NCBI RefSeq assembly: GCF_000143415.4 | Contig: NW_003314287.1 | Span: forward strand, 208,203-272,202 | Source of the DNA: Selaginella moellendorffii | Taxonomy: Eukaryota; Plantae; Lycopodiophyta | Direction: 5' to 3' | Length of the DNA stretch: 64,000 nt | Shown here: one piece after another, positions 35,241-46,859 of the stretch | How the letters are laid out: every line of letters begins with the position of its first letter | Numbering within the stretch: position 1 is the stretch's first letter | Made by a program: the position numbers and the translations under genes | Notes under the pieces: model-generated | Databases searched by the model: none | What the model saw: only the letters and a program-made list of their open reading frames with translations | Told to the model about the DNA's origin: nothing

Positions 35241-36544
35241 TCCAATGTTCTCAATTGCTCTAATTAAGAGATTAATTACGAGCATAGGCTTCTAAACACA
35301 AACTTTCCTTACCAGCTAAATATTTTACTAATGAATCCTTATCAATGGGAGCAAATCTTAGCAAGAATTTTATTGCTAACTTGCAAATTCAAGCAATGTT
35401 CATGCTTCATAGCCATCTTATAAGATTGTGCAACACTGCAAAAAAGGTGTGGGGGTGCTTTTGTGGTGTTCATGAACTTTACTGGTAGGATATATGGATC
35501 AATTAGAGTTGTAAGCTCAATCACATGGTAGTGTTGCAATTAATTTTCACACAATTTTAATAATTTTGGAAGGTTTTAGTTAGAAGCATGAGACCACAAT
35601 AACACAGATGCAAATTGAAAACTTATCACTCTTAGTCCTTTAATCTTCAGTCTTGAGTACCCACATCCTTTTTGCCAATGCCAAACTATATTTGCTTGTC
35701 CAACTCACAAAGCATCATGCCATATCTGAGTATAAATATCAGAAGGCTAACCTGAAAGTTACCTTTGCATTATTGGCAAAAGTAGAGGGAGGTACAGCAT
35801 TGTCTTGCTTGCAAAGGAAGTTTGCAGCTGGGTGGCGCTTACAGGATGGAGCTCACAGCACCCGGCATAAACCTTGACCTGAGCTTGCACAGCATGCAGC
35901 GTTGATGAGCGGCCCAAAAACAAGAGATCACACCCATGATGTTTGCGGCAGTAGATCTCCCATGGGCAGCACTCCAGGATGCGAGCTCGCATGAGTGGCA
36001 CTCACAATGGAACTCGCAGCGCTCAGCAGCAGCAGCCCATGGGCGGCACTCCTAAGAATCCACAGCGCCCCTAGACAGGGCTCATAGCACCCATGGGAGT
36101 GGAGCTTGGAAGCTTGGAGTGCTGTAGACAGAGCTGACAAATGGGTTGAAAACCTTAGTAGTGTCAAATGCACAACAACTGAAATAGTGCCATGAGAGGA
36201 GCCAGCGCCCAAAAGCAAGAGCTCGCAGCTGCTCCCAGAGACACGGGAACTCGCAGCAGCCTCAATGGGCGGTGCTCCAGCAGTGTGGTTGGGCCACACG
36301 GCACCCAGAGACAGAGCTTGCTGAGCGGTGCTCTAGTGCCCATGGGCGGAGCTCATGGGTGGAGCTCACAGCACCGTATGGATGAGCAAGGATGAGTCAT
36401 ACGTGTAAGTTTTGATGATCATCTTTCTAGATCATGTTTTAAAGTAATTAGAATCTAAACTCTAGGCTTCAACATAATGTTTAATGCTTTATGAGTTATA
36501 AATATGATTTAAATTAGTTTAAAGGGAATAAATGGATTAAAAAA

Positions 36545-37638
36545 TGTGAATGCATAAAATATAGAAAAGGAATACACATATCAATTGACCCAAAAACCCT
36601 AGTTTATATACAAGAGTGAGTGGTTTAGATTGAAATTAATCTAACAGCTACTAAAATCCCATTACACTAATATTAATATCCAGTATTATGAGTTTCCCAT
36701 GTGGCTCCAAGGGACGGCATTACAGTGGTACAATGGTTTAAGTGTAGCCACTTATAAGGATTAGAGTGTTTTCCTAGACATTTTCAAATACACATTAGGA
36801 CATGTTGACGATTGTGAGAATGCCTTCTAACGATTGCATCACTAACTCAAATGGTCCTTGATGAAAATAATACAATTGTTAGAAGGTATCATCACAATTG
36901 TTAGCATGTTCAAATGCACATTTGAAGATATCTAGGAGAACACTCTAATCCTCATGAGTGGCTACACTCAAACCATTGTATTACTGCAACACCATTCTTT
37001 GGAGATATGTGGGAAATTCACACAAACATCAAGCATCATCCTAAGAATGATATATAGCAATCACCATGAAGTGATCAAACCAATAGTATATATCATCCCC
37101 AGAATTCTTGTGAAAGAACTTTGGCTGAACGTGAAGATTAGCACCAAGAGCAGGAGTTATACCACATGCCATAAATGTTGCCATTAACTGAGTTTTGTTG
37201 TTCAATTGCAATCGCATAGCATTAAGCAATTGCATCAATTGCTGCTCCAAAGTCAAAAGAGGAGGAAATTGCTGATCTACCATGAAAATGAATGAAAAGG
37301 AAAGATCAAAAAAAGAGAAATGAAAAAAAACTAAAAGAAAAAAGAGATCTAAACAATGAAAAAGTTAAATTTAAACCAAAATCCTAAAAGAAAAAAACAA
37401 AAGAAAGGAAATGGAAAAAAAATTAAATCTAGACAATACAAAGTTAGATTTAAACAAAAATCCCAAATCCAAGCACTCCTTAGGGACACCTCACCTCCAC
37501 TAAAATGAGTGTATGGAATATAAAAAGAGAATACAGAAAATGTGCATATTAATTAGCCCAAAAACCCTAGTTTATGTGGTCTAGATTAAAACCAATCCAA
37601 TGGTTGCTAAAATCCTGATACACTAATATTAATATACA
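36545..37638 (-). mobile_element. Family H truncated element: two short LTR-like repeats flanking a gag remnant
   Basis: Direct repeats at ~36545-36683 and ~37505-37638. PBS-like CTCACCTCCACTA at ~37490. Gag-like QPKFFHKNSGDDIYYWFDHF at 37041-37283. Confidence 0.55.
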
Positions 37639-37719
37639 GCATCATGACCTCACACTTGAATATTTTAAATATCTTTTACATTTCTATTTTCTTAGGGTTC
37701 TTAGTGTTAGAGCTTGATA

Positions 37720-38830
37720 AGGCTATGGATTTTCACTGGTTCCAGTTGCATGGCAGGACAATCTTTGGCATGTGCCTTCCTCTCTACAATGGGAAGCTCG
37801 AATTGCTTGCTGCTTCGAGTTGGATCCGGCAAAGCTCTCCTTCCGAGTTATGGTGCCAAAATACGAATCAGACAACAAAGACGATGATGAGTACGATCTA
37901 AAATTCCATCCTCTTGCAATTGATTGCACAACAGGCCTGTCTCGCTCGTCTCGTCACAAATGTCCTCCTCGTTAGTCTCAGATGCCAAGACCAAGCGGCC
38001 GCTGTGATCCACGGGCCATCTCCACAAGAAATCTCCCCGCTTGGCTGTCGAGATTGTTGCGGACTTGCAGGGGTCTTCTTCCGGTGGAGTCGGTCTTGTG
38101 CCACCAGTTCATGTTCATGCTCCACAAAGAGCTTGGCATCATTGGGTTCGTGCATAAGGTTTCCAGGGACAAGAAATTGAGTGAGCTCACCTGACACGAG
38201 CCTGAGCCCATGGAGGAGGACTTTTACATCGACCGCCACCTTTCTCGTGAGCAAAGTGACGAGCTCTTGTGTGGGATTTTCGAGGTTACCGTGCCACACT
38301 CGTACCGATGGCTGCAGCTGGAGGAGATCGACGGGGGCATGAGAACTTTGCGAGTGCAGAGGGTGAACCTGGACGTGGAGGTGAGGACCAAAAGCTCGGC
38401 TGTTCTTGTTTGTAGGAAGTCTGGCGATGCTGTTCTTGGCATTGACGTCGTGAGCCATTTCAGCCAGTTGAGTTTGAGGAGGTGCGAAGTGGAGTTTTAC
38501 TCGTGGGCGAGCTCGTCCAAGCTCCCTTTTGTGCAGTTTATCACTGATTTCAGAAGCGGGGCCGTGCTTTTCTACTGCACTTTCATGCAGGCGAGATCAA
38601 TGTGCCGCGAGACGATGTCGGTCGGCACCATGATATAGCTGCTACAGCTCTTTAGCGCAACGTTGCCCGATTCGGAGTCGGAGCTGGAGTGGTGGCTGCT
38701 GGCGTTGGTGAGATCTTTCAACTTTGTATACACTGGTGTTCTTACTTTTTGAGACCAAGGAACAAAGAGCATTCCAGTCTGCAAGCTGTGAAACTGCTTT
38801 GAAAAGAGAAACAGATTAAAGATTTTTACA
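37720..38830 (+). pseudogene. Unidentified host gene family, paralog 1, frameshifted and interrupted by element E
   Basis: Coding-like composition. VNLDVEVR...DAVLGIDVVSHFSQLSLRRCEVEFYSWASSSKLP aligns with 62880-63065. It may resume at ~45851, where ACGATTGCCAC is shared with paralog 2. Confidence 0.6.
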
Positions 38831-38834
38831 AGGT

Positions 38835-41058
38835 GACTACTTCGGATGCAAAGGGGTCAAAAAGCATAGACAGGGTTGTCATCATTCCGGCAAGCTTGGA
38901 CACTACAAGGCTGATTGTCCACAGCTGAAGAACAAGTAGTAGGGCCTGAAAAATGGCACTAACAGTAAGTTAGATACTAAAAAGTTGCAAACTTTACAGC
39001 GTGAGGCTGATAGGGACGACCATTTTGGTTGGAGAAAAAGGCTTTTGATCATTGCTCATCAACTCAACTGTGTGTGGAACAAGATGGAGTTCGAGGATAC
39101 TCGTGAATTAGCTTTAATTCTGAAGAGCATGTTCCATGGCGGTCTAGTGCAGATTTTATTCGATAGTGGGAGCGATGACAACTTTGTTTTGGCAAAGTTT
39201 GTTGCGGAGCATAGCCTAGTCACACAAGAAGTAATTCCATACAGTGGAAGGTGTAGCTACCTCTACTCAGCATTTTGATGTTTGTGTCGAAGGGCTGGAA
39301 GTGTTGGTTGGCAAAACCACACTTGTGGAGATTTTTTATCTTGTGGATATCCATCATGTGGATTTCATTCTTGGAATGCCATGGTTGGTGAAGGTGGATC
39401 CAGAGATAAAGCGGAGTATTAAGCATATCTCGTTGAAGTACAGTGGTGTTAAAGATGTGTGGTTTGGAGAGGGAGTTCAACTTTTAATTGTTATGCTCCT
39501 TATCACATCTTTGAAGCAAGTTTGTCGTAATGGAAAAGCACTTTCGAGTTATTTGCTGTTTGTTTGTGACTTGGGGACTAAGGCACGTGTGGGGGAGAAG
39601 CAGCAGTACATGATGTACTCAGCGAGTTTTTTGATGTTTTTCCATTTGAACTTCCTCATGGGTTGCCTCTATTACGAGATGTGGAGCATGGGATTATGTT
39701 GGAGCCAGGGACATGGCCAATTTACCGGTATCCATTTCGGTTAAGTTATGTGGAAGAGCAAGAAGTTCAATGACAAGTCAAAGAGTTACTTGAGTTTGGA
39801 TTTATTCAACTAAGTAAGTCTTCATTTGGTGCTCCAATCTTGCTTATGAGGAAGAAGGACGATTCAATGCAGATATGTATTGACTACTGTGCCTTGAACA
39901 AGAAGACATTGAAGGATAAGATGCCAATGCCACGTGTCATGTGTGGATGATATCCTAGACAAGCTTGGTAAAGCACAGAGTGTTTACCAAGATTGATTGC
40001 GATTGATGATGCATCTATCTCTAAGACAACATTCAACACAAGCTTTGGGCATTTTGAGTTTACAATTATGCTATTTGGTTTGACAAATGCACCAGCCATA
40101 TTTACTCAGTTGATGACAAAGGTATTTAAGCTTTATCTTTATGAGTTTGTGGAGATTTTCTTGGATGATATTCTTGTTTTCAGCAAAAATATAGAGGAGC
40201 ATAAAATGCATTTACGCAAGGTTATTTTGTTACTCTATGATAATAAACTTTATGCGAAGAAGAACAAATGTGAATTTGGGAAGTTGGAGGTGGAATATCT
40301 AGGCTATATTGTGACATCTAAAGGTGTCAAAACAGATCTAAGGAAGGTGGCTGTGGTGGAGAACTGGCCTACACCAACTTCAGTGGCCAAGTTATGCAGC
40401 TTTCTTGGTATAGCTAGTTACTACTAACATTTCTAGCATAAGTTTGTGGAGGTGGTGATTCTTTTGACACAGTTGTTGTGCAAGAATATGCCATTTGAGT
40501 GGAAGAAGCCACAAGATGAGAGTTTTGTGGCACTGAAACAATTGTTGAGCAAAGCTCTAGTGCTTCAGATTACTGATCCATCGAAACCTTATGAGGTGAC
40601 ATATGATGTGAGTGGTTATGCACTGGGAGGAGTTCTCATGCAAGAGGGGCAGCCTATTGCATATGAGAGTTGAACTTTGAATCCCATGGAGTAACGTTAT
40701 TCCACATATGAGCAAGAGTTATTCTCTATTATTCATGCTTTGCAGACGTGGTGGCACTATCTTTATAGTGTAGTGTTTGTGGTGTTGACAGATAACAAAC
40801 CACTTGTGTATCTTTTTCACACAGAAGGAGTTGAACACTAGGCAAGTTCGTTGGATGGTTAAACTCATGAAGTTTGTGGAGTTTCCTATTGAGCATCGTT
40901 CGGGAAAATCAAATATGGTGGCAGATGCTTTATTTTGTGTTCGTCATGTGACAATGTTACAAACATGGTTTTGTCATCATTTGAGTAAGGTGGTCAGCGA
41001 GTTTAGGTAGTTGCTTGAGCGTGCTCAAGCTCAAGATGCTGAAGTGGCCTCTTTGTGA
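38835..41058 (+). mobile_element. Family E gypsy: gag zinc knuckle-PR-RT-RH-start of INT (decayed)
   Basis: CHHSGKLGHYKADCP, LFDSGSDDNFV, FGLTNAPAIF...FLDDILVFS, YDVSGYALGGVLMQEGQPIAYES. Confidence 0.9.
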
Positions 41059-41059
41059 T

Positions 41060-41460
41060 TGTTAGGCACCAAGTTAGAAGGATAAAGAAAGAGCCCTGTA
41101 ATAAAATGATAACCCCTTTAGCTAGTTGGCTGAGGGTGTAAGGGATAGGATCCTAACATTGGTATCAGAGAAATGTCAGGATCTTATCCTTTACACCCTA
41201 AGCCAATTGGTTAAAGGGGTGATCACTTTATTATAGGGCCTTTTCTTTATCCTATTATCCTAACATGATATCTAACAATCCTCCCTCGTTAGGGAATGAT
41301 CATCTGCAATCATAGTTAGGCCACCCTTTGGTCACCATGGTCCTTCTCTTAGGGTCTACCAAATCTTGCTTCTCCCTCTAGATCCACCATCTTGAATATT
41401 CCTTTAGAATATTCTTACCCCACTTGTCAGTCATGAGAATCAAATTGGGCTCCAATACCA
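41060..41460. mobile_element. TRIM family D palindromic unit: LTR(+) 41060-41158, PBS, LTR(-) 41174-41277, internal(-) to 41460
   Basis: ~100-bp TG...CA repeats in opposite orientation separated by TTGGTATCAGAGAAA. PPT on the minus strand at 41278-41286 and PBS on the minus strand at 41449-41460. Confidence 0.8.
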
Positions 41461-41461
41461 A

Positions 41462-43955
41462 TGTTATGATCTGGTGCAAAAAGACAGAAATCTAGTCTTC
41501 CTAGACTACCCTACGCCTCCTTTTAAGGTTCCTCACCACCAAACCACCCCCGAGCTACCTCAAAAGCTCCACTGCGTTGCCACTCCACTGTGAGCTCTAG
41601 GGTAGGTTAAGTCCCTTACCCTAACATGCTTTAATATACCCTTGAGCGTCCCTTTGACCAATATTGACCATGTGGTCAAAGCTAATGCTTAACAATTCTT
41701 CCCCCCCCAACAATGTTCTTGTCCCAAGGACAAATTGTACTGGTGATCACCCTTTTTGGGGAACCTTGTTCAATCTCCTAGTCCATCTTCCATAGCCGTA
41801 TACATTAAGGAGGCATTGGGCCTATCACTTCAAGATAATACACCTTTCAACTGGCTGACATAAAATACCAGATGAATTTCCACTCTAGCTGATAGCCGCA
41901 CTTGATAAGCCACTTTACCAATACGCTCCAACACTTCATATGGATTAGCATATCGATGGGAAAGTTTATCACTCTTCCCTGTCCGTAAAGGCACCAAGGT
42001 GTTCTGCCGCTCAATTGACGGAAAGATCATTCGCACGAAGACAAGATCACCCACCTTATATTCCCGGAATTAGCAATGCTCATTAGCAAACTTCTTTGCT
42101 CTATCTTGAGTTGCTTGCACACACCAGAATCTTATCAAATTCTGTGGCCAGATCAGTTGCCTCAGAATCGGTTTCACTGTATTGGCTATTGTTGTAAACA
42201 AATTGCACCAATGGATAGATCCCACTGTCCTTGCCTTTGACCAATGCTACAATGTAGCATATCCTCCACCACCTAATTCATACACTCAATTTGCCCATCT
42301 GTCTGAGGATGATCTCCACTCAAGAGTTTTAAAGTCATTTGCATAGCCTTTGCAAAGCTCTTCCAAAGTCCACTTGTGAACTTTGAATCTTGATCATCCT
42401 TTGGCAAACCAAAATCAGGAAAAACCTTCTCCAAGTAGACTGCAGCCAAGTCTGAGGCAGTGATAGTCTTCTGAAGAGCCAATAACCGCACATACTTTGT
42501 CAACTGATCCACTATGACCCATATTGCTCCTTTTGCCTCTGTGTTTGTGGCAAACAAGTGATGAAGTCTATAAAAATACTACACCAATGGCTTTGAGGAA
42601 TAGTTAAAGGTTGCAAAAGTCCCCTTGGCTTCTCCTATGGCACCTTAACCCGCTGACAGAGCTCACATGATTTACAATACTCAAGGATATCAGCTTTCAT
42701 ATTCCTCCAATTAAAATTGCGCTTAATCAACTTATATGTCTTTTTCCCCCTAAAATGACTGGCCTCTAGATGATTATGATAGTGGGATAAAACTTGAGTA
42801 ATTAACGCATCCACCTGTGGCAAATATACATGACCATTGTAGTAGAGAATCCCATCCACCAATAAAAAAGAGGCTTCCATTTGGTCTCGCAAAGAGGCCA
42901 CTTCAGTATTTTGAGTTTGAGCATGCTTAACCAACTGCTCAAACTTGTTGACCACCTTACTCAAATGATGACAAAACTATGTTTGTAATGCTGTCACATG
43001 ACAAACACAAGAAGCATCTGCCACTACATTTGATTTTCCCGAACGATGTGCAATAGGAAACTCCCAAAATGTAGTGCATGTGATCATGGGATGAGATTTA
43101 GATATATTGTCACTGTGGATTCTTGGAACCTTGGGGGATAAATGGAGATAAAATAGCCACTAAGGGCTCTTTCATAAAGTAATTGCCCCTTTTCCAGTTG
43201 GTTTAAGGAGAGAGAGATAGAGTGCGCTACATGTGATATCGGAGCAAATGGCACATGTTCGATTCCCATTAATTAGTGGCTATTTAAAAATATAATATAC
43301 CATTGAACAAAGTATATTCCTACCCCTAAATTTGAAATCGTATGTATTGGGCATCCATGCGTACGTCCTTCCTCTTGGTGGAACATCCACGAACGAAGGT
43401 ATCCACCGTGGGACTGCGGTACGGGTGGATGATTAGTTCTCTTACATGGAATAGCTGGTCTACACAATAGAAGGATTAGTAGATTCAGTGCGGAAATGGA
43501 GGTGTTAGTTCCCCTTGGCTCAATAGGGGTTGTTAGTCAATAGTCAATGAGGACATTAACATCTATGAAGGGGGGGTGAGTGCATCACATGTGATCATGG
43601 GATGAGATTTAGATATATTGTCACCGTGGATCCTTGGAACCTTTGGGGACAAATGGGGATAAAATAGCCACTAAGGGCTCTCTCATAAAGCAATTGCCCT
43701 TTTTCCAGTTGGTTTAAGAGGAGAGAGATAGGGTGTGCTACACTAAACTTTATGAGTTTGACAATCCAATGAGCTTGCTTAGTGTTCAACTACTTTTGTG
43801 TGAAAAGATACACAAGTGGTTTGTGATCCCTTAACACCATGAACACTACACCATAAAGATAGTGCCGCCACGTCCGTAAAGCATGAACAATAGAGAGTAA
43901 CTCTTGCTCATATGTGGAATAGCGTTGCTCCATAGGATTCAAAGTTTGATTCTCG
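41462..43955 (-). mobile_element. Inverted family E 3' half (RH end, integrase, PPT, LTR 41462-41694)
   Basis: Reverse complement of 40670-41058 and 44355-45850. Integrase motifs DSKFTSGLW and HPQTDGQIE. Confidence 0.9.
43070..43742 (+). mobile_element. TRIM copy 2 (same family as 18878-19565; neither LTR has 5S sequence)
   Basis: LTRs at 43070-43231 and 43581-43742. Decayed PBS TGATATCGGAGC and PPT GAAGGGGGGGTGAG. The interior matches the reverse complement of copy 1. Confidence 0.9.
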
Positions 43956-44302
43956 TGGCTAACAAATGAGGTAAGAATATTCTAAAGGAATATTCAACAT
44001 GGTGAACCTAGAGGGAGAACCAAGATTTGGTAGACCCTAAAAGAAAGACCATAGTGACCAAAGGGTGGCTTAAGTATGATCGCAAACAATCATTCCCTAA
44101 CAAGGGGAGGATTGTTAGACACTAGGTCAGGATAATAGGATAAAGAAAGGGCTCTACAATAAAATGATCACCCCTTTAATCAGTTGGCTTAGGGTGTAAG
44201 GGATAGAATCCTAACATTCGTATCAGAGAAATGTTACGATCCTATCCCCTACCCTAATCTAACTGACTAAAGGGGTGATCATTTGATTTCAAAGCCTTTT
44301 CT
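43945..44302. mobile_element. Second TRIM family D palindromic unit: internal(+), LTR(+) 44113-44216, PBS, partial LTR(-) from 44232
   Basis: Has the same LTR-TTCGTATCAGAGAAA-inverted LTR junction as at 41159-41173. Confidence 0.8.
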
Positions 44303-44354
44303 ATAATTCTTCACAAAGAACTTTTGCTTCTTTAACCCCTTTGCCCCTTTCTCA

Positions 44355-45850
44355 TTGGTGGATGGGATTCTCTACTACAATGGCCATGTATATTTGCCAC
44401 AGGTGGATATGTTAATTACTCAAGTTTTATTCCACTATCATGATCGTCCAAAGGCTGGTCATTTTGGGGGGAAGAAGAAATATGAGTTGATTAAACACAA
44501 TTTTAATTGGAGGAATATGAAGGCTAATCCTCAAGTATTGTAAATCATGTGAGCTCTGTCAGCGGGTTAAGGTGCCACAGGAGAAGTCAGGGGGACTTTT
44601 GCAACCTTTACCTATTCCTCAAAGCCGTTGGTGTAGTATCTCTATGGACTTCATCACTTGTTTGCCACGAACACAAAGGCAAAAGGAGCAAGTATGGATT
44701 ATAGTGGATCAGTTGACAAAGTATGTGCGGTTATTGGCTCTTTAGAAGATTGTCACTACCTCAGACTTGGTTGCAGTCTACTTGGAAAAGGTTTTTCTTG
44801 ATTTTGGTTTGCCAGAGGACATCATTAGTGATCGAGATTCAAAGTTCACAAGTGGATTTTGGAAGAGCTTTGCGAAGGCTATGCAAGTGACTTTGAAACT
44901 CTCGAGTGGAGATCATCCTCAGATGGATGGGCAAATCGAGCGTGTGAATCAGGTGGTGGAGGATATGTTACGTTGTAGCGTTGGTCAAAGGCAAGGACAG
45001 TGGGATTTATATTTTCTGTTGGTGCAATTTGTTTACAACAATAGCCAACACAGTGGAACCAAGTTAAGTCCTTACTTTGTCATGTTTGGAAGGCAACTCT
45101 GAATAGCAGTGGAGTTGGGATTGCATTTGAGTAAGGACGTTCAAGATAAGCTTGATTCTGATGCAACTGATTTGGCCACAGAACTTGATAAGATTCTGGT
45201 GGTGTGAAAAAGGAATTTGCAGGTAGCTCAAGATAGAGTAGAGAAGTTTGCTAATGAGCATCACCAATTCCGGGAATATAAGGTGGGTGATCTCGTCTTC
45301 GTGCGAGTGATCTTTCCATCAAGTGAGTGGCGGAACACCTTGGTGCCTTTATAGACAGGGAAGAGTAATACACTTTCCCATCGATATGCTGGTCCATATG
45401 AAGTGTTAGAGCACTTTGGTAAAGTGGCTTATCGGGTGCAACTGCCAGTTGGGGTGAAAATTCATCCAGTATTTTATGTCATCCAGTTGAAAGGTGTACT
45501 ATCTTAGAGTGATGGGCCCAATGCCTCCTTGATGTATACGGTTATGGAAGATGGACCAAGAGTTTGAGTAGGGTTCCTTAGAAAAGGTGATCACTAGTAC
45601 AATTTACTTTGTTGGGGGGGAAGGCACCAGCTTTGACCACATGGTTAACATCAGTCAAAGGGAGGCTCAAGGGTATATTAAGGCATGTTAGGGTAAGGGA
45701 CTTAACCTACCCTAAGGCTCATAGTGGAGCAGCGGGGCAGTGGAGCTTTTGAGGTAGCTCGGGGGTGGTTTGGTGGTGAAGAACCTCAAGAGGAGGCGTA
45801 ACATAGTCTAGAAAGACTAGATCTCTGTCTTTTTGTGCCAGATTATAATA
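44355..45850 (+). mobile_element. Family E integrase and 3' LTR (continues 38835-41058)
   Basis: HDRPKAGHFG, SDRDSKFTSGFW, HPQMDGQIERVNQ. A G-run PPT at ~45614-45620 is followed by the LTR to 45850. Confidence 0.9.
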
Positions 45851-46129
45851 GTATTTGTATAGCAACGATTGCCACCAATGCTTCTCCGGATGGAAGTGGA
45901 GTGGAAGCAAGTGCGTGAGTTGCTCAAGCAATTGGTACCAGTGGTTTCATTAGATCATCACAAAATAATTCATTTGATATTGAGAAGTGCTTGTGTTATA
46001 AAATTGCTTTGCAAATTAGAGATAATTAAACTTATAATTTTAGGATAAGTTATCATGCAAATGTCTTAGTATAAACTTACTACATGCATCAACTTGAAGC
46101 AACAAGTAGAGCTTCATTTAATTCCAACA

Positions 46130-46575
46130 CATTCCCGTGCTGCTGCTGATGGTGGAACTTCAAGGTGTGAAGCTCGTGGCTATGGAAGTCACTCTATGTC
46201 TCATGATCTTCTCATACGAATGCTCTGATCACCACTTTGCCCATCCCAGAAAAAACAAGATATGGAACAAACAGCTTGACACACTCCTTGAGCATCCTTC
46301 TAAACAGCTGGAGGTTCTCCTCCACAGATCCATGGAAGCAGCCTGCCAAGCTCTTGAGTTTATCATCGCAAAGTTCATGAAATCCATGGAGAACTTTGTA
46401 TCCTTGGGATCATGGCAACTTCCAAGCGGGCAGAATCCCTGTAAAGAAAGTAGAGGGGGTTTCCTGAAGTGAAGGACATCTCCTTTTGCATTGCTTCCTA
46501 GGTGATAAATCTCTCCTGCCAATCCGAAGGAGAAGAGCTTAGCATCAGGTTGGCCTGAAGCCATGAGTTACCTGT
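46130..46575 (-). pseudogene. Probable host gene fragment, unidentified
   Basis: Coding-like composition following a pyrimidine tract and CAG acceptor. One frame gives EENLQLFRRMLKECVK, weakly PPR-like. Frames are broken. Confidence 0.25.
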
Positions 46576-46859
46576 GCAAATGCGGGTCTTTCTTTTCTTA
46601 TGAAAACTCAAGCTTCTAAATAGGACCAATCTACAATTCTCTAACATTTATTGGCAAGCAAGTCGAATCTATCAATGGCAATGCACTGCAAAACTTCAAC
46701 ACTAACCAATCTAAGAGTGCCTTATAGTGTCAGCATCCAAGACATCACCTGATTATTATACACACTCTGCTTAGCAAAGTGACTTCTATAGTTCCACACC
46801 CTTGCTCACTTGTTTTTGGGCATGTGGAGAGTTGGTAGAGCAGAAAAATATTTTAGTAT

